Both the position numbers and the translations under genes were made by a program. Under the pieces are notes generated by a model. It was given only the letters and a program-made list of their open reading frames with translations, did not search any database and was not told the origin of the DNA. Below, piece by piece: positions 40,657 through 55,740 of a stretch of DNA of 64,000 nucleotides; the first letter of the stretch is position 1, and every line of letters begins with the position of its first letter. The stretch spans positions 55,366,001 to 55,430,000 of the forward strand of contig OZ024742.1 of NCBI GenBank assembly GCA_964016885.1, given 5' to 3'. This DNA is from Eledone cirrhosa. Lineage: Eukaryota.

Positions 40657-40911
40657 CTGTGTGTGTGTATGTATGTTTATGTCCCTTAACTTCGTTGTTC
40701 GTCAATTGAAAGTGGACCAATGAATTAAGATAAAGGTTTAAATAAAGGAAAGACTAGGTTCGATATAATCAATAATTATAAGGCGTGACTGCAATCTATT
40801 GACTAACTCCAATAACATACATACATATATATAATCATACATACAAATAGACACACACATATACACTGTGTATATATATATATATATATACATTGTGTTT
40901 GTGTTTGTATA

Positions 40912-40954
<43 letters not shown>

Positions 40955-40965
40955 TATATATATAC

Positions 40966-40997
<32 letters not shown>

Positions 40998-41015
40998 TAT
41001 ACATACATACATGTG

Positions 41016-41049
<34 letters not shown>

Positions 41050-41286
41050 CTTTGTTTCATGTTTACGACAATTTAAATATATACGTATACAGTATGCGCA
41101 AACGACTCCTCTAAAGACAAGAAGATATATTGTTCCTGAGTATATTGTTTTACTTGTTTTAGTCATTATATTTCGTTTGTCTAGCCACGTCAATACTTCA
41201 CTGTTCGCTATGCGTAGAAAATCATATACACTCACTCTCAAACTGTAAACAAATAACTGCTTATGCATACGTAAAAAAACATATTC

Positions 41287-41318
<32 letters not shown>

Positions 41319-41361
41319 ATGTGTGTGTGTGTGTATATGCACACACACACATATGTATATG

Positions 41362-41393
<32 letters not shown>

Positions 41394-41884
41394 TTTTGTG
41401 TGTGTGTGTGTGTATGCATTTGTGAGTGGCTTTGTGTGCGTTTATGTGCATGTGTATGCGTGCGTGTACATTTAAACATTGTGTGTCGCAGTCAGGCTGA
41501 AAGAGAAAGAAATGCAATCTCGTGATAAGTGGCCGAGTATTCAAAGTTGAGGGTTTTAGATCAAATAACGCAGTATGCTGACAGAACATATCTGAAGTTA
41601 TTTATGCTAACACATAACTTATCGATGTAACTAACAGCTGTGGGTGACTGGAGTTGGGTACACAATCACAGTTTCAGTGAAATAAATTCATAAATGCACC
41701 TACGTGTGCTTACAGAGATTCACACATATACATACACACATACACAAACACATGCACACACATATATATAAGTATAGATTATTTACATATATGTGTAATA
41801 TGTGTATGTAACTCCGTAAATGTATACATTATATATAATATATATAATATTTTATATATATATAATATATATATAGATACATAC

Positions 41885-41918
<34 letters not shown>

Positions 41919-41973
41919 GTGTGTGTATGTATATGTATGTATATATAGTATATATATATACATATATATACGT

Positions 41974-42007
<34 letters not shown>

Positions 42008-42034
42008 ATATACATATATATATGTATATATGTA

Positions 42035-42076
<42 letters not shown>

Positions 42077-42157
42077 CGTATGTGTATATATACATATATA
42101 TATGTATATATATATAAATATATATATGCATATATATAAAATATGTATATGTCATAT

Positions 42158-42210
<53 letters not shown>

Positions 42211-42825
42211 TGTTTGTGTGTGAGTATACAACCATGCTGTAAAAGTGTCCATATACATATGTAAATTTATATATACATATGTAAATTTAAAGGCATTTTC
42301 ATATAAAAATACAATCACACATACATACACATCGACATACATGCATATTGTAAACATAAACAACAAAGAAATAAAAAAAAAACTTTCTTACCTTTTTGGA
42401 ATTCTTAACGAAACAAACGTGTTGCTGTAAAACCACAATATACTATATGTTCTGTTATAGTGTTTGTTACGATTTCTCTCACGGCCGATATTTTCTGTTT
42501 ATCCAATTCCTAGCAGCCAATCGCTATATGAAACACATGCGGTGGCCTACCTTACTGTGCCGGTCTCACATGTAGCAACTATTTCATTTCAACGAACACA
42601 ACCCCTCTAGTCTGTCAGCATTTACTGACGCCGTTCAATTTTGTTACGTTTTATTTCAGTTTTTATCCGTCTCCAAATAATTTATTCATCTATATGTTTA
42701 TACATACATGTACAATTATATATATATATATATATATTTATATTTATAAGAATAAATGAATTTCCTTCTCTAAGCTGGAAATATAATTTACACGCTGCTC
42801 AAAAGTTCAGTTGACAGCTTTTTCA

Positions 42826-42856
<31 letters not shown>

Positions 42857-43028
42857 CCTGTATGTGTGTGTGTGTGTGCGTGCGTGTGTGTATGTTTGTG
42901 TGCGTGCGTATGCGTGTAGGGAAGTATGTACATATACACGTACTGCTTGCTACTATTTTTTCTAATACTTCTTTGTGTTCTTTCTTATCGAAAATATTTA
43001 CTTAATATTAGACAATTTAGTGTCTACG

Positions 43029-43073
<45 letters not shown>

Positions 43074-44094
43074 CGTGTGTGTTTGATATTATACTAGGTT
43101 TAATTGTGGTTAAATGATATTAAATATTAAAGGTATATTCTTATTAATAAATAAAATATTATTGATGATTTGTTATTAGGGCAGCGCTAACAAATATAAT
43201 GATGACGTTAACTCGAGTAGTTTACCGGGCTGTTCAGTTAAGTTATTAGGAAAGGTAAAATTATTTTGTGGTAAAGTATAAGAGACTGGATATCCGAAGT
43301 TACTCTACAGAAAGTTAATTGATAAAAACAATTGTAAAATTGACATATTAGTAAGAAGTGAAAAACATGTGACCACCGCACTAGCGAATTCCTTCACCAC
43401 TGAATAATAATGCTTAGGTGGAAGTTCAAATACCTGTCTACATAGACAACTACATACATACACTTTCATATGTATATGTCATACTGGGAGGACATATGTG
43501 TGTGAGTGTGTGCATGTTTTCTAAGTGTGTGTATGTGTGTGTGGTTATGTGTGAGTGTGTATATGCGGTTGTGTGGAAGAGATAAAAGAGAGAGAGAGAA
43601 AATAATTAATGTTTGGAGAAATATATCGTAGCGAATGAGAAGTAAACAAATCAATATGGGGAAAAGATAAGGAGAGAATGATACAGTTGACATGAGTGAA
43701 TGAACGATATATAGAAGGAAAGAGCGAGCGACAAAATGTGTATTAGTTACAGAAAGTGTGTGTGTGAGAAAGAGAGAGAAAGAGCCAGTAACATAGGGGG
43801 ATTGAAAGAGAGCGATTGAGAGAAATAAAAAGCAGTGGTTGGAGAGAAACAGAGAGGAGGTGAGAGGGAAAGATAAAGTGTGATGTCGTTGAGGAGGGAT
43901 TTTCGAAAAAAGAAATGGAATTTCAACAATATTGAAATCGATTCTTTTGATTAACAATGATATAGATTATTTCATTTTTCTTCTTATTTTCTTTCGCGTC
44001 TAGTTGCGACTACTGATCTCACAGAACGAAATAAAAAGTAAGGCTGTGTTGTGGAGATGTTGAAATATTTTACGCTATAATGCTGGAGTGTTGG

Positions 44095-44995
44095 AGAAAG
44101 CCATGAATTTTCTGGGAAGGGGATGTCGATTATATACACCTGAGTACTTTATTTCTTCGGCCTCAGAATGATGAAAAGTATTGTCTGGATTTGAACTCAG
44201 AACGAAAAATTTCGGAACAAATAACGCAAGAATTTTGTTCAACGCCCTAATTATAATACCGATCCATCAACCTTCATCAGAATATTTGTTTCTGATTTAA
44301 GTACAAGGCCAACAATATTCGTGGGGAGGAGAAGTCGATTAAATCGACACCAGTACGTAAGGTGTACTTTATTTTGTCTATCCCAGAAGGGTGAAATACA
44401 AGGCTCGCCTCTGCAGGATTGGAACTCAGCAGGTAAACGACCATAGCTAAATGTTGCAGAGCATTTTATTCGAATCTGCCAATTTCACCTTAATTCCAGC
44501 AATTTATGGAAAGGGGAAAATCCATTATAACGAACCAATATTTATCTGGAACGGATGAAAAGGATGTGAACACAGAATATAGAAAGTCGTAACTAAATAG
44601 CGTAAAGCATTTTTTGCGAGGCGCTAACGATTCTGCTAATACAGCTCTATAGATGTTATGATGTCGATGATGATAATAATAATTATTTCTACTTTTTGGC
44701 ACTATGCCGGCAATTACCCAGTGCATTACTGGTACTTTATTTTATCGACCCCGTAAGGATGAAAGGCAAAGTTAACCTCGGCGGGATTTGAACTCAGAAT
44801 GGCAAGGGCCGTAACTCTATGCGTCAAAGAAATGATTTCTACTATAGGCACAAGACCAGCAATTTGGGGGTATGGAAAAGTCGATTAAATCGACCCCAAA
44901 TCATAACTAGTGCTTTATTTTATCGACCCCGTAAAGATGAAAGGCAAAGCTAACCGCGGTGGGATTTGAACTCAGAACGTAAAGGGCCGTTAGCC
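44095..44995 (-). mobile_element. Head-to-tail cluster of at least four main-family SINE copies of different ages
   Basis: GAACTCAG (B-box reverse complement) at about 44192, 44422, 44790 and 44968, all on the minus strand. Confidence 0.85.
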
Positions 44996-45824
44996 ATATG
45001 GGCCCAGGGTGAAGGAGAAATACAAGGGTGAAAAAGACCGCAAAGTGTTCGGTACATCGTGTAAACGAAAGGGGAATCAACAGATGGAAAATTAGTAGAT
45101 ACGACAAAAACAATTATTTTAATAAGTAATCATAACAACAATACAGAACAATAACAAATATCAAAGAGGAATGACATTATTAAATGAAAAATAAAAAAAA
45201 AATAAAAAAGTAGAAACAATGATTAAATGGAAAGTTCCAAACGAGATGTCATTAGATTTTTATCAGTAATTCTGCTCTTTCTCTCTATAAAATAAATTGA
45301 CATCATCAGCATCTGTATATACCACAGAAGAATTTTTTTTTAAACGAACATTTCTATAGAACTTCTGTGCAAATCAACAAAAATGCCAGCTTTAGTAACT
45401 TTGTAGAAGAAATGATAGACATAAATTTCAGAGCGTAAACATGAATGATATAGTAAACACGAATGCGATAAGGGGCGAAAGAAATAGGTAAGCTAAAGGA
45501 GTTTAGAATGCTACTATATGTATATATTTAATAAAAGTTTACTTTCCCCACACCTTCCCTCTCTTTTGTCGTTATTCCTCTTTTCTTTTTTTTATATATT
45601 TCATTTATTCATTCATCCATTTATTTTTTAATTCATTTATGTATGTATTTTTTTTTCTTGCCTTTCCTCTTCTTTACACCTCCTCTATTTGCTCTACGTC
45701 CTTTTCTTCTTTAAGTTTATCATATTATTTGTGGTATAAAAACGTTGAGATTTGATGAAATAAATCATTGCCAATACTGGAATTGAATAATCAAGACCGT
45801 AGCGGTATGTCATATATCACATAT

Positions 45825-45884
45825 TTTGTCTGATGAGGACGTACTGAAAAAACAACACAGTACCTTTGAAATATATATAATAAA
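45825..45884 (+). ncRNA. Type I hammerhead motif
   Basis: TTTGT-CTGATGA-ggac-GTACTG/loop/CAGTAC-cttt-GAAA-TATATA-TA-ATAAA. Confidence 0.72.
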
Positions 45885-46028
45885 GTATATATTTTGATTA
45901 TGAGAATATTTTTCATTTGTAACATTTTAAATAATATTAAAAACTCCAGGAAAACCTTTTGTTGAATGCTTCTAATCTATTGTAAAATAGTATTCGTTGA
46001 GTAATCAACGAACCATACTAATCTTTGG

Positions 46029-46070
<42 letters not shown>

Positions 46071-46074
<4 letters not shown>

Positions 46075-46412
46075 CGAAGGAAGTGTGCTAAGGAACCAGA
46101 TGGACCATAACGCACCAGAGTACTCAATACTTAGGGTAGTAGAGTGGGTAATAGGAAAATGTATATATATATATATAAAGAAAAAAAGATGAAATCGAAA
46201 ATGCAACTGGAGTCTTATTTAAAATATATATATATATATTTATTTGGTTCCTTCACCGGTTTCGCAGTTCTGCTTTTCAAAAGTAGAGTTGAGATGGAAG
46301 GTCTGTGGTTTTTCTCACATATATATAACAAAGGAAGTGTGCTAAGGAGCAAGGTGGACCATAACGCACCAAAATGCTCGATACTTTGGGTAGTAGAGTG
46401 GGTAATAGGAAA
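46071..46412. repeat. Partial tandem repeat (period about 254 bp) containing a U3-A8 hammerhead-like motif at 46250-46285 (-)
   Basis: AAGGAAGTGTGCTAAGGA...GGGTAATAGGAAAA occurs twice; minus strand CTT-TTGAAAA-GCA/gaac/TGC-GAAA-CCGG-TG-AAG. Confidence 0.75.
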
Positions 46413-46469
46413 AGAGTCAGGACCTCGATGGCTGAGCTCAGCCGTCGGGGTCCTATCTCATTTCCTCTA

Positions 46470-46615
<146 letters not shown>

Positions 46616-47838
46616 GAGGTATCCAGAGTAAGTTGTGGGGTCTATTCTGCATGAAGAGCTCGATGAAATCCATATGATGAAAATGTTGTAGGTTAAGATA
46701 AATCCCGGAAAACAATAACACATTAAGAGGAAAACAGAGTCATGATATAAGTTAAAAGAATGAAATAAAAAATCAAGTCATTAGAGATATACTTCACTGC
46801 TTTACGATCGTTTATAGGTGATGATAATACATTGTAGCTATACTCCGTTATGTATCTATGTAAGGTTAATTTCAAAATATCAGATAAAGAGAATATTTAC
46901 TTACATGCATATCACCAGCTGTTTTCAAAAGCAATAATAATTTTATTCAGAATTAGTAGTATGTTAGTATCATGTCCTTATTTGGTGGTGGTTGAAGAAC
47001 TAACCAATCAAATTGTTTTTTTCATATGGTGTTAAGATAAAAAGTAATAGACTTTACTTGAGGTCATGACCCTTTGCAAGGAATGGTTAAATGGTGTTAA
47101 TAGTAGAATTGGCATAACAATCTATTAGGAGGAAAGGGATTGTCAAACTGATAGTTGAATGTATCTGGTATAGTAAAGTTTAAAAGGAATGTCAAAATAA
47201 ATGGTGATTAGTGTTGTATTGAGTTTTTAGGTGAATATAAATTAAGATTATGTCTAGGAAAGATAGTATATTAAAAGATGAAAATTATAATAAGATAATG
47301 AAATACAGTAATGCGATAATATACAACATAACCAACACAATATAGTACGGGGTGGTAAATTGCACTTAGTATAATACAGCATATGATACGGTCTAAAATA
47401 TTATCAAGTATGTTTATGTATAAATAATCAAACTCAGATAAATACATGTTGGCATAGTTAACACACATACATTTCACAGATTATAAAGTGCATATATCCA
47501 TACTATATATAGAGAGGTACAGTTATATTGATATCCAACCCAAAATATACATACGCACAAATAGATGCAAACCTAAATACATATTTACACATGTGCACAT
47601 AATCATATACACACATATACATATCTATATCTACACATACACCCCTATACTCACATATATACACACACATATATACACATATACACATATATATATCTAT
47701 ACATATATATATACATATATATATATATACATATATATACATATGTGCGTATGTACACTCCTCATACATGCACACACACTCATATATAAACACTCATACG
47801 CATATACTCACATATATACACACACTAACACACACACA

Positions 47839-47880
<42 letters not shown>

Positions 47881-48169
47881 CACACACATACATATACATA
47901 TATACACATACATAAATATATATATACTCACACATAAATATATTTCCATATCATACATAGATATATATTTACTCATGCAATTACGGGTGGTTGTGTACCT
48001 TGTCGCCTTTGGTCATTAACGCATAAACCTAAGGAAGCTAAAACATTAAAAGGTAAAAAATAAGCATGAATGCATATAATTAGGGGAAAGAGGTACTAAT
48101 AAATGTTACTCTATATAGAATTATAGTGAGTTGCTATTTAGAATATTTAATTAGGTTTATAGTATTTAA

Positions 48170-49110
48170 ATGTTCTTCGTATACGGTGATTACAAACTAT
48201 GATCATTTCCTGCCTTTTATTTAATAAATCGTCCTTAGCTTTAATCATTTCCATGATCTCCCCTGAACATAATCTGCATTCCCCTTGTTCCCAAGATATG
48301 GAGTTCTTTGTAGAATGGTGTTCCACGATAACTTGAAATCTATTTTGTTTCCTTTTTATAATTATTTACCGCTTCAGCTAAAGATGTTGTGTTGGCTAGT
48401 TTAGTATTGTTGAAACTACTAGAGTGTGCGTAGAATCTTTTCTTAAATGTATTTGATGTAGATCCTATATATGTTTTTGTTGGAGTCTGTAGTAGATACA
48501 GTGCATTTATATATTACGTTATTAATCAAACAGTTGCCATTTAAGGGGCAAATTCTTCTATTTCTGCAATTACAGCCATACGTAAGATGGCTGTTGGGGG
48601 TGCCTATACTATTCTCATTAATCCTTGAGCTATTCCTATTGTAATTAATGATAGCAGGAGAATGAAGGTTGCTTTGTGGGTGGTTTGGTGCTAGGGTTGT
48701 ATTGTGATTTTGTGTTCTGTTGTTCTTGTTGTGTTGGTGATTTGGGTGGTTGTGTTTTCTAGGTTGAAGGATTGTATTATTTTGCTTTTTTAAAAGATGC
48801 AGTCCTATTTAAATTATGTTGTGGTGGTGTAGTCATATTATTTTAAAGTTTATAAATGTTGTAGTTGCTTATTTTTTGCTGGAGATTGCTTGATGTAGAA
48901 TATGATAATTTAACAGTATATTTGTTAAATATTTGGTGGTGTCTGTGGTTTGGTGGAAAATGTTTATGTAGAATTTCAAAGAATTTGGGGGGGATCTGTC
49001 CAATAGTTTGCAGGTTGAAGGGTACGTTGTACCATGTTATGTTTCTTTTGCGGTTTTTAGTTAAGTTCTTATTACCACTTATATTATTGTGTTGTGTTCT
49101 AAAAGAATTC
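48170..49110 (-). mobile_element. Second Penelope-like element fragment (linker plus GIY-YIG endonuclease), not captured by the ORF track
   Basis: Manual translation: RKRNITWYNVP, IFNKYTVKLSYST, GCNCRNRRICPLNGNCLINNVIYKC, TYIGSTSNTFKKRFYAH, CRLC, LLNKRQEMIIVCNHR. Confidence 0.9.
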
Positions 49111-49200
49111 CTTATTTGTTGAATTTGGTAAATTACCGTGGTTGTATTTCAAAAAACGATGCAACCGGAGGAAGACAGGAAGACGATACTTTTGTTCGTA

Positions 49201-49469
49201 GAAACGTTCCCTGGCAAAGAACGGGAAAACACGAATATAATACGCCATTATTTGGAGCGGTGAAAAACAATTACACGCAAATACAAAACCACGTTTATGG
49301 TATAAAAGAAGTCGTAGACTAATATTCTATTAGGTGGTTCATTGAGACGTTCTCTGGCAATGAATGGAAAAAGCGAAGATAATACGTCATATGTGGAGCG
49401 TGGAGAACAATAGCACGCAAAGACAAAATCACGTAAATCGTATAACTGGAGTCGTAGACTAAAATTCTA
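49201..49469. repeat. Diverged ~143-bp tandem duplication
   Basis: ACGTTC(C/T)CTGGCAA...AGTCGTAGACTAA(T/A)ATTCTA occurs twice. Confidence 0.85.
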
Positions 49470-50579
49470 ACTCGGAAACCGAATGATTCTCGGCTTCAGA
49501 GTTAAGAATAAAGTAAATAAAATACAGAGGTAATGGAAATTAAATAAATACATACACGCATCCATATACGTACATACACAAGCATACGCGACAACACTCG
49601 CTATAGGTATACAAATACACGCACGCACTAAAAAAAAAACCCCAAAAAAACCCACACGCACATACAGAACCCACGCAACGTCTGTACACGCACGCAAACG
49701 AATGTATACAACAAATACGCATAAAATTATATATAAAAATATATATATTAATATATATATATATATGTGTGTGTGTGTGCGTGTATACATATAATTAAAT
49801 AAACGTATAAAAAAAAATAAATACGTATATAACAAGCGTACACACATACCTACATGTAAATACACATCTGTTCGGAGACGTACGTCAATCAAAACACGAG
49901 ATCTTAGTCTTCAAATTTATTATTATTACATATATATATATATATACATATGTATATATATATACACGTACACGTGTATGCTTACATGCGCGTGTTCTCA
50001 TACTCAGACACACACATAATATATGTATATATATGTATGTATGTCTGTGTGTGTGTGTTAAAATATTTCTCAAGAGAAACAATGCCTATTTTCTGTTTTT
50101 GTTGAATTTAGCAATAAAACTAATTTTCGATTTATTACCGTAGGTCTTGTAGTATAACTTAGTTTCTGCTTATTACATCATGCGCAAGATTTTCTAAAAT
50201 AACAGCTTAATATCGAGGAAGCAGAGGCGGTTTCAGGTGATTTAGTATCAAATGGAGTACGCACTGAACTGTTTGATCTGCCTGCTTAGATGACTTGCTC
50301 AGTGAATAAATACTATTACTATTGTTTATTTGCCAGTCATGCTGACTATCTTCTATATATTGTCTATGTAGAATTTTTGACATAGGGGAACCAGTTTGTT
50401 GTCACTTACTTCCTAAAAAATCGACTGACCGATAGAAAAAAATAGGAGCGGTAGTGGGTGAATGATTAAATGTTTACATAAAGTGTGTATGTACGTTTGC
50501 TTATATCGTCCATAAATAAAAACCATTAATCGGGATACCTCAATATGGAATGTTAGGCGATGATTACACACACACACAA

Positions 50580-51597
50580 CACACACAGCCCCGGCGGACA
50601 AGATGGAGAAGGCGTTCCCACGGAGGACGGCAAGGGAGACGCGCTGGAAAAGCCACTCCAACTCACGGGGCTCACATCTGCGGCTGGCCAGCTCAGCGCC
50701 TACCGTGGTGGGTAGGGAGGTAGCACTAGGGCCGAGGACACCAGAAGTCTCCACTGCCAGGGGTACAACCGCAAACCTGTTGGAGAGCAACCGGTATTTG
50801 AGGAGGTGGCCTCCTCAACCCGACGTGCAGCAGAACCTGGGTTAGTCACAGATTGCACAAGGTTGCGGTTGCAGAAAGTGTCGGTGCAAGTAGCATCTCA
50901 GATGAGGGGTTTGCCACCGCGGAACAAGAAGATGGTCATGCCATCTGGCTTTTTGCCGTCCCCTTGGTCCACCCCCACCGGCTCGAGCTCGGAAGGGAAG
51001 CCCGCAGCGTCCAAGCCATGCTTTATGACCTCGTTGAGGGCAGCATGGCGTGGAAGGCGACCGGCACTGGGGCGACAGGAAAGCTGGTGGAGGCCGAAAG
51101 AGTCCACGGTGGATTCGCAGCGACAATGGTGTGGCACGCAGATCCGGAGGCCGAGCCTCAAGGAAACGCCGATGCGCAGGATATTGTTATCTAGCTGCGT
51201 TCCAGTGGAAAAGGAGGACAGGGCATGGAGCCAGGCAGCACTGTGAGGTTTGGAGGCCGCACGAAAGCAGGCAAGGCGGTGCCGGTCGAGCTGGCGGGGA
51301 GCCTGTCTGAAGCTAGGCTGCACTGGATGGCATCCCAAGTGCTTTGGGAGGACTTGACGTCAACAGGGAGAGAAGGGGGAGGGACGTCTACTGGGCTAAG
51401 TCTCAGCCGGTCCCTCGTCACACAGGTGGCCTCACATTCTCTTAACACAGAGGGCTCTAATGGGTTTTGAAGAACCCTGCTGACGAGGACGCGGCACGAG
51501 GTTACCGACGAAAGATACGCCGGCAAAGCCATCGAGATCGGGGACCGGAGGCCAAGGCCGCCATACCTGACAGGTAAAGTGGCCTGTTGCCATCCAA
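50580..51597 (-). mobile_element. 5'-truncated CRE-type non-LTR retrotransposon (zinc knuckle plus restriction-like endonuclease)
   Basis: QATLPVRYGGLGLR, AAWLHAL, LRLGL, CRC...H..SC, RHAALN, KKPDG, PLAVETSG, LFQRVSLAVLRGNA; markedly GC-rich. Confidence 0.88.
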
Positions 51598-52080
51598 AAA
51601 TGTGTTTACATTGTATTACCAGAACTGTTAGGTCCTCGGGAAAAGGCTTTGTATTATTTGTTCTGACTCTTTTCGTTTAAGTTGAAACCTGCCGTCACGA
51701 ACTTCGCCTTCATCCTTTTGTGAAATAAATACCAGTAAGGTAGTGGTGTCGATTTAATCGATTTTCCCCTATCTCTAGCCTTTCTTATAAGCACTCGGTT
51801 GATGGTTTGAAACGGACGTAAGCTTGCTTAAATGTTATAGAAACACATTATTAACAATAGAGGATCCTGAAATGAAAGTAGGGTAAATGTGGTACGAAGA
51901 TCTAAGAAGACACAAACACTAATTTTCCCGATATTTTATAATACACTGAATGCACAACAAAGTGATTTGGGGCGAGAGGAAAGTCGCTTATATCAACTAC
52001 TTTATTTTATAGACCCTGTAATGGGGAAATCAAAGTTAATCTCCGTAGGGTTTGAACTCAGAATGAAATATATATATATA

Positions 52081-52779
<699 letters not shown>

Positions 52780-53559
52780 TCTGATAATATATGTACAAAA
52801 TTGAAAGCATACATTTGAAAAGGTGAGGGTATAAAGGAAACACTGGAGAAAGGTGTTTTTGTGTTCAGGGGAAGGTTATTTATGGACCCGTTAGGATTAA
52901 TATAAGATACTTATTTTAAGATACATCCGTTTTCGCAGTAGTGTCCCGACTCATTAACGTCATCCTCGTTAATTGTATACGCAGCATAGCCAGAAGTTTG
53001 CTTCACAATTATAATATCCGATGTTTGATCCCAGATTTAAATAAAGGGCTGGGAAATTTCTAGAGTCTGTTTTTTTAAACTATATTTAACACATTCATTA
53101 CCGTATTTTCAATCTGCAGTTTTGAAATCGTTTTAAAAATAAAGACTGTGGTAGGATTTAAGAAAAGATTCATTTTCTCATTATTAAGGTGGCATGTAGG
53201 TAAATACAATCATTTCTGTGTTTGATATAAAAAGAGGCTCGTAGTTTGATTTATGTCTGACATTATTATTTCAAAGCATACCAAAACATTGTATTATATA
53301 GGTGAACGTTTATGAAAAATAGAGAGATATTTATACAAAAATAACCTACGGAAATAATAAAGAAATACAACTATGTCATCTTGAAAACATGTCCAGATTC
53401 CTGGGGGAATATATTAACAATCAAATAAGGTTATGATTCCGCGGGATACACTAGTATTATAACCTTCAATCTACTAGAAAGAAAACGATTGTTTCAACGA
53501 ATTGATTGACAGAATGGAATATTCAAAAAGATTACAACATTAACGGAATCTCGTATTTC

Positions 53560-55160
53560 CTAATGTTTGTGGCCTAATATTTGCTGTGTTTATGTCACGG
53601 ACACAAGGTAAAAGGATCACGGCAGGTGGAGCTGGGGAGCAAGATATTTCATTTAACGGTACTGGTCGTGATTGGCATGAAGCCTCTATCATTAAATCAC
53701 CGAAATAAGCCTATACAGTACAACCTCATTGAAGACAATGAAACCGATACATGTGTGAGCTGTAATAACAGGATACGGAGGGAGCGCCTACCTTTAAAAT
53801 ATGAGGGAAACCTTCTGTAAGATGAAACCTCATAGGAGACTGCATATATTTGAGTTGAAATAGCAAGACATGAGTGGAGCCCCCTATGATAAAACAAAAG
53901 AAACCATCTATAAAATACAACATCGTAGTTCACAGAAAGGACATCATTACAACACTTTAAACATATTTTTGCAGAACTGTCGCTTGCCAAATAGCTAGTT
54001 CTCAGGGATACTAGTATTGTTACCCCCAAGAAGCCATAAGCTGATTTTATCTCACGAAGGAGACCAAATAAAAAATAAAAAACATTATCTGCGAAGCAGA
54101 GTCTGGTTCCCCAATATGGACAGAATGACTGACGAATCTGTTAAATGTTGCAAAAATGGTTTAGCTGCAACTTTTCAGTATCACAGTACACCATTGAAAC
54201 CAAATACCTTTCCAGGAAAGCTATGACAAAATTTCATGCATGGATGTTAAAGGAGGGGAGAACATTCTACTTTTTCCTCCTGAAAGATAAGTACAGCCGT
54301 TTCCCTGAAGTAGAAATTGTGACACCGACCTTAGTGAATCACTTAATTCCGAAGCTTCAAACAATGCTATTCACCTACTGGTATTCCAGGTGGGATACAA
54401 ATTGATTTTTCTCAATTCCAGTCAGCGGAATTCGGAAAATATAACAGACAACAAGGATTTTTATGCAAATGAATAGAGCTAGAACACTCTGAGAGTAATG
54501 GATTTGCGGACAACTTTATGCTGATGTTGGGCAAAGTAGAACTCACTGCTTTTATTGAAGGACATAACCCCAAATAAATGGTCCATCACTTCTTGCAGAA
54601 TTACTATGAAACTTCATACAATACAACCGGTTTCAGACCAGGTGCAAGCCTGTTCAATCGCACAATATCAACAAAGTGGACTAAACTCAAACCTGCATCA
54701 TCACAAATAATGCACAATTAATTCATTCAACCTGATTCCGTTGCAAAACAGAAGTGGTTGTTTGACAAAAGTAAGCCAGACACAGCATCAGAAAGATGTT
54801 GGCAACAGGCGCTATGAGACAGAGAAAGTCAACGTCCACTCTTCCTATCGAGCCTCTGCCTTTCACAGTAACCGAGATCAAGGAGGCAATGGTTACCGGG
54901 CAACGAAAAATTGAGAAATTCACCCTTGATGCATCCAAATAGAAACTCGTCCCAGACAGACCATCATGTGAGTGCCCTAAGGGGTGAAATACAGAGGAAT
55001 ACAACAGAAATAGCGTTGAAGCGGATTTGGGCGTACCAATCTCGAACCACCTACCGGAAACAGAAACACAACCTGCTAGTGCATCAACAGATGTCAAGCA
55101 GCAAATGGTGCCTCAAGTTCGACGCAACAATAGAAATCGTCGAGTTTCACCTTGCCTAAG
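53560..55160 (+). mobile_element. Decayed Gypsy LTR-retrotransposon pol remnant (integrase region)
   Basis: SHEG...LRSRVWFPNMD...C..C zinc-binding region, DKYSRFPEVEIV, SNGFADNF, NTTGFRPGASLFNR; no LTRs identified. Confidence 0.8.
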
Positions 55161-55339
55161 TAAGTATGTTCAGAACTGAGATAAGTAAAGTTGTGATGAT
55201 TCTGATTTAGGTTTCTTGTTTTTCTCTTGTGTTTATATTATGGTGCCAGGTGCATGTATGGATAATATTTACTTGACAACTGTTTATTGCATTCGATCTC
55301 CTTGAATTTGATCTGAGTCTTCTATTGCAAAATAGTAAT

Positions 55340-55740
55340 TTATTATCTATATACCATATACAGATATAACGTTTCAGTGAACATGAAACATAGCTGTATA
55401 CATTTAGAACCTATATACAATATGTACTGTTACTGCCTACCTATTTCATATTTCGTATATTGAATCTCGATACAATATACAGGTATATACTTATTATATT
55501 TGCATAAACTTTGCAAGTGTATAATTACTATATCTACATACACTATACCGGTATATAGTTACTCTCAACATACAATATACAGGTATGCATATACTATGTA
55601 TAAATATACAGGTATATAATTGCTACATCTAAATATAATATACCCGTATATAGTTACTCATTACATATCATATATAGGTGAATAATTACTATCAATTTAC
55701 AAAACACATGTATATCGTTATTATGTACATACACTATTTA
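55340..55740. repeat. Degenerate ~40-bp minisatellite
   Basis: Recurring ATACAATATACAGGTATATA(G/A)TTACT units. Confidence 0.75.

Noticed and set aside
46795-46960. Two partial hammerhead-like strings (AAACGATCGTA and CTGAATA...GAAAACAGCTG on the minus strand)
   Set aside because: Core or stems are incomplete; not counted.
48170-48600. Selenocysteine (in-frame TGA at Cys positions) in the Penelope ORF
   Set aside because: The conserved Cys positions I translated are ordinary TGT/TGC codons.
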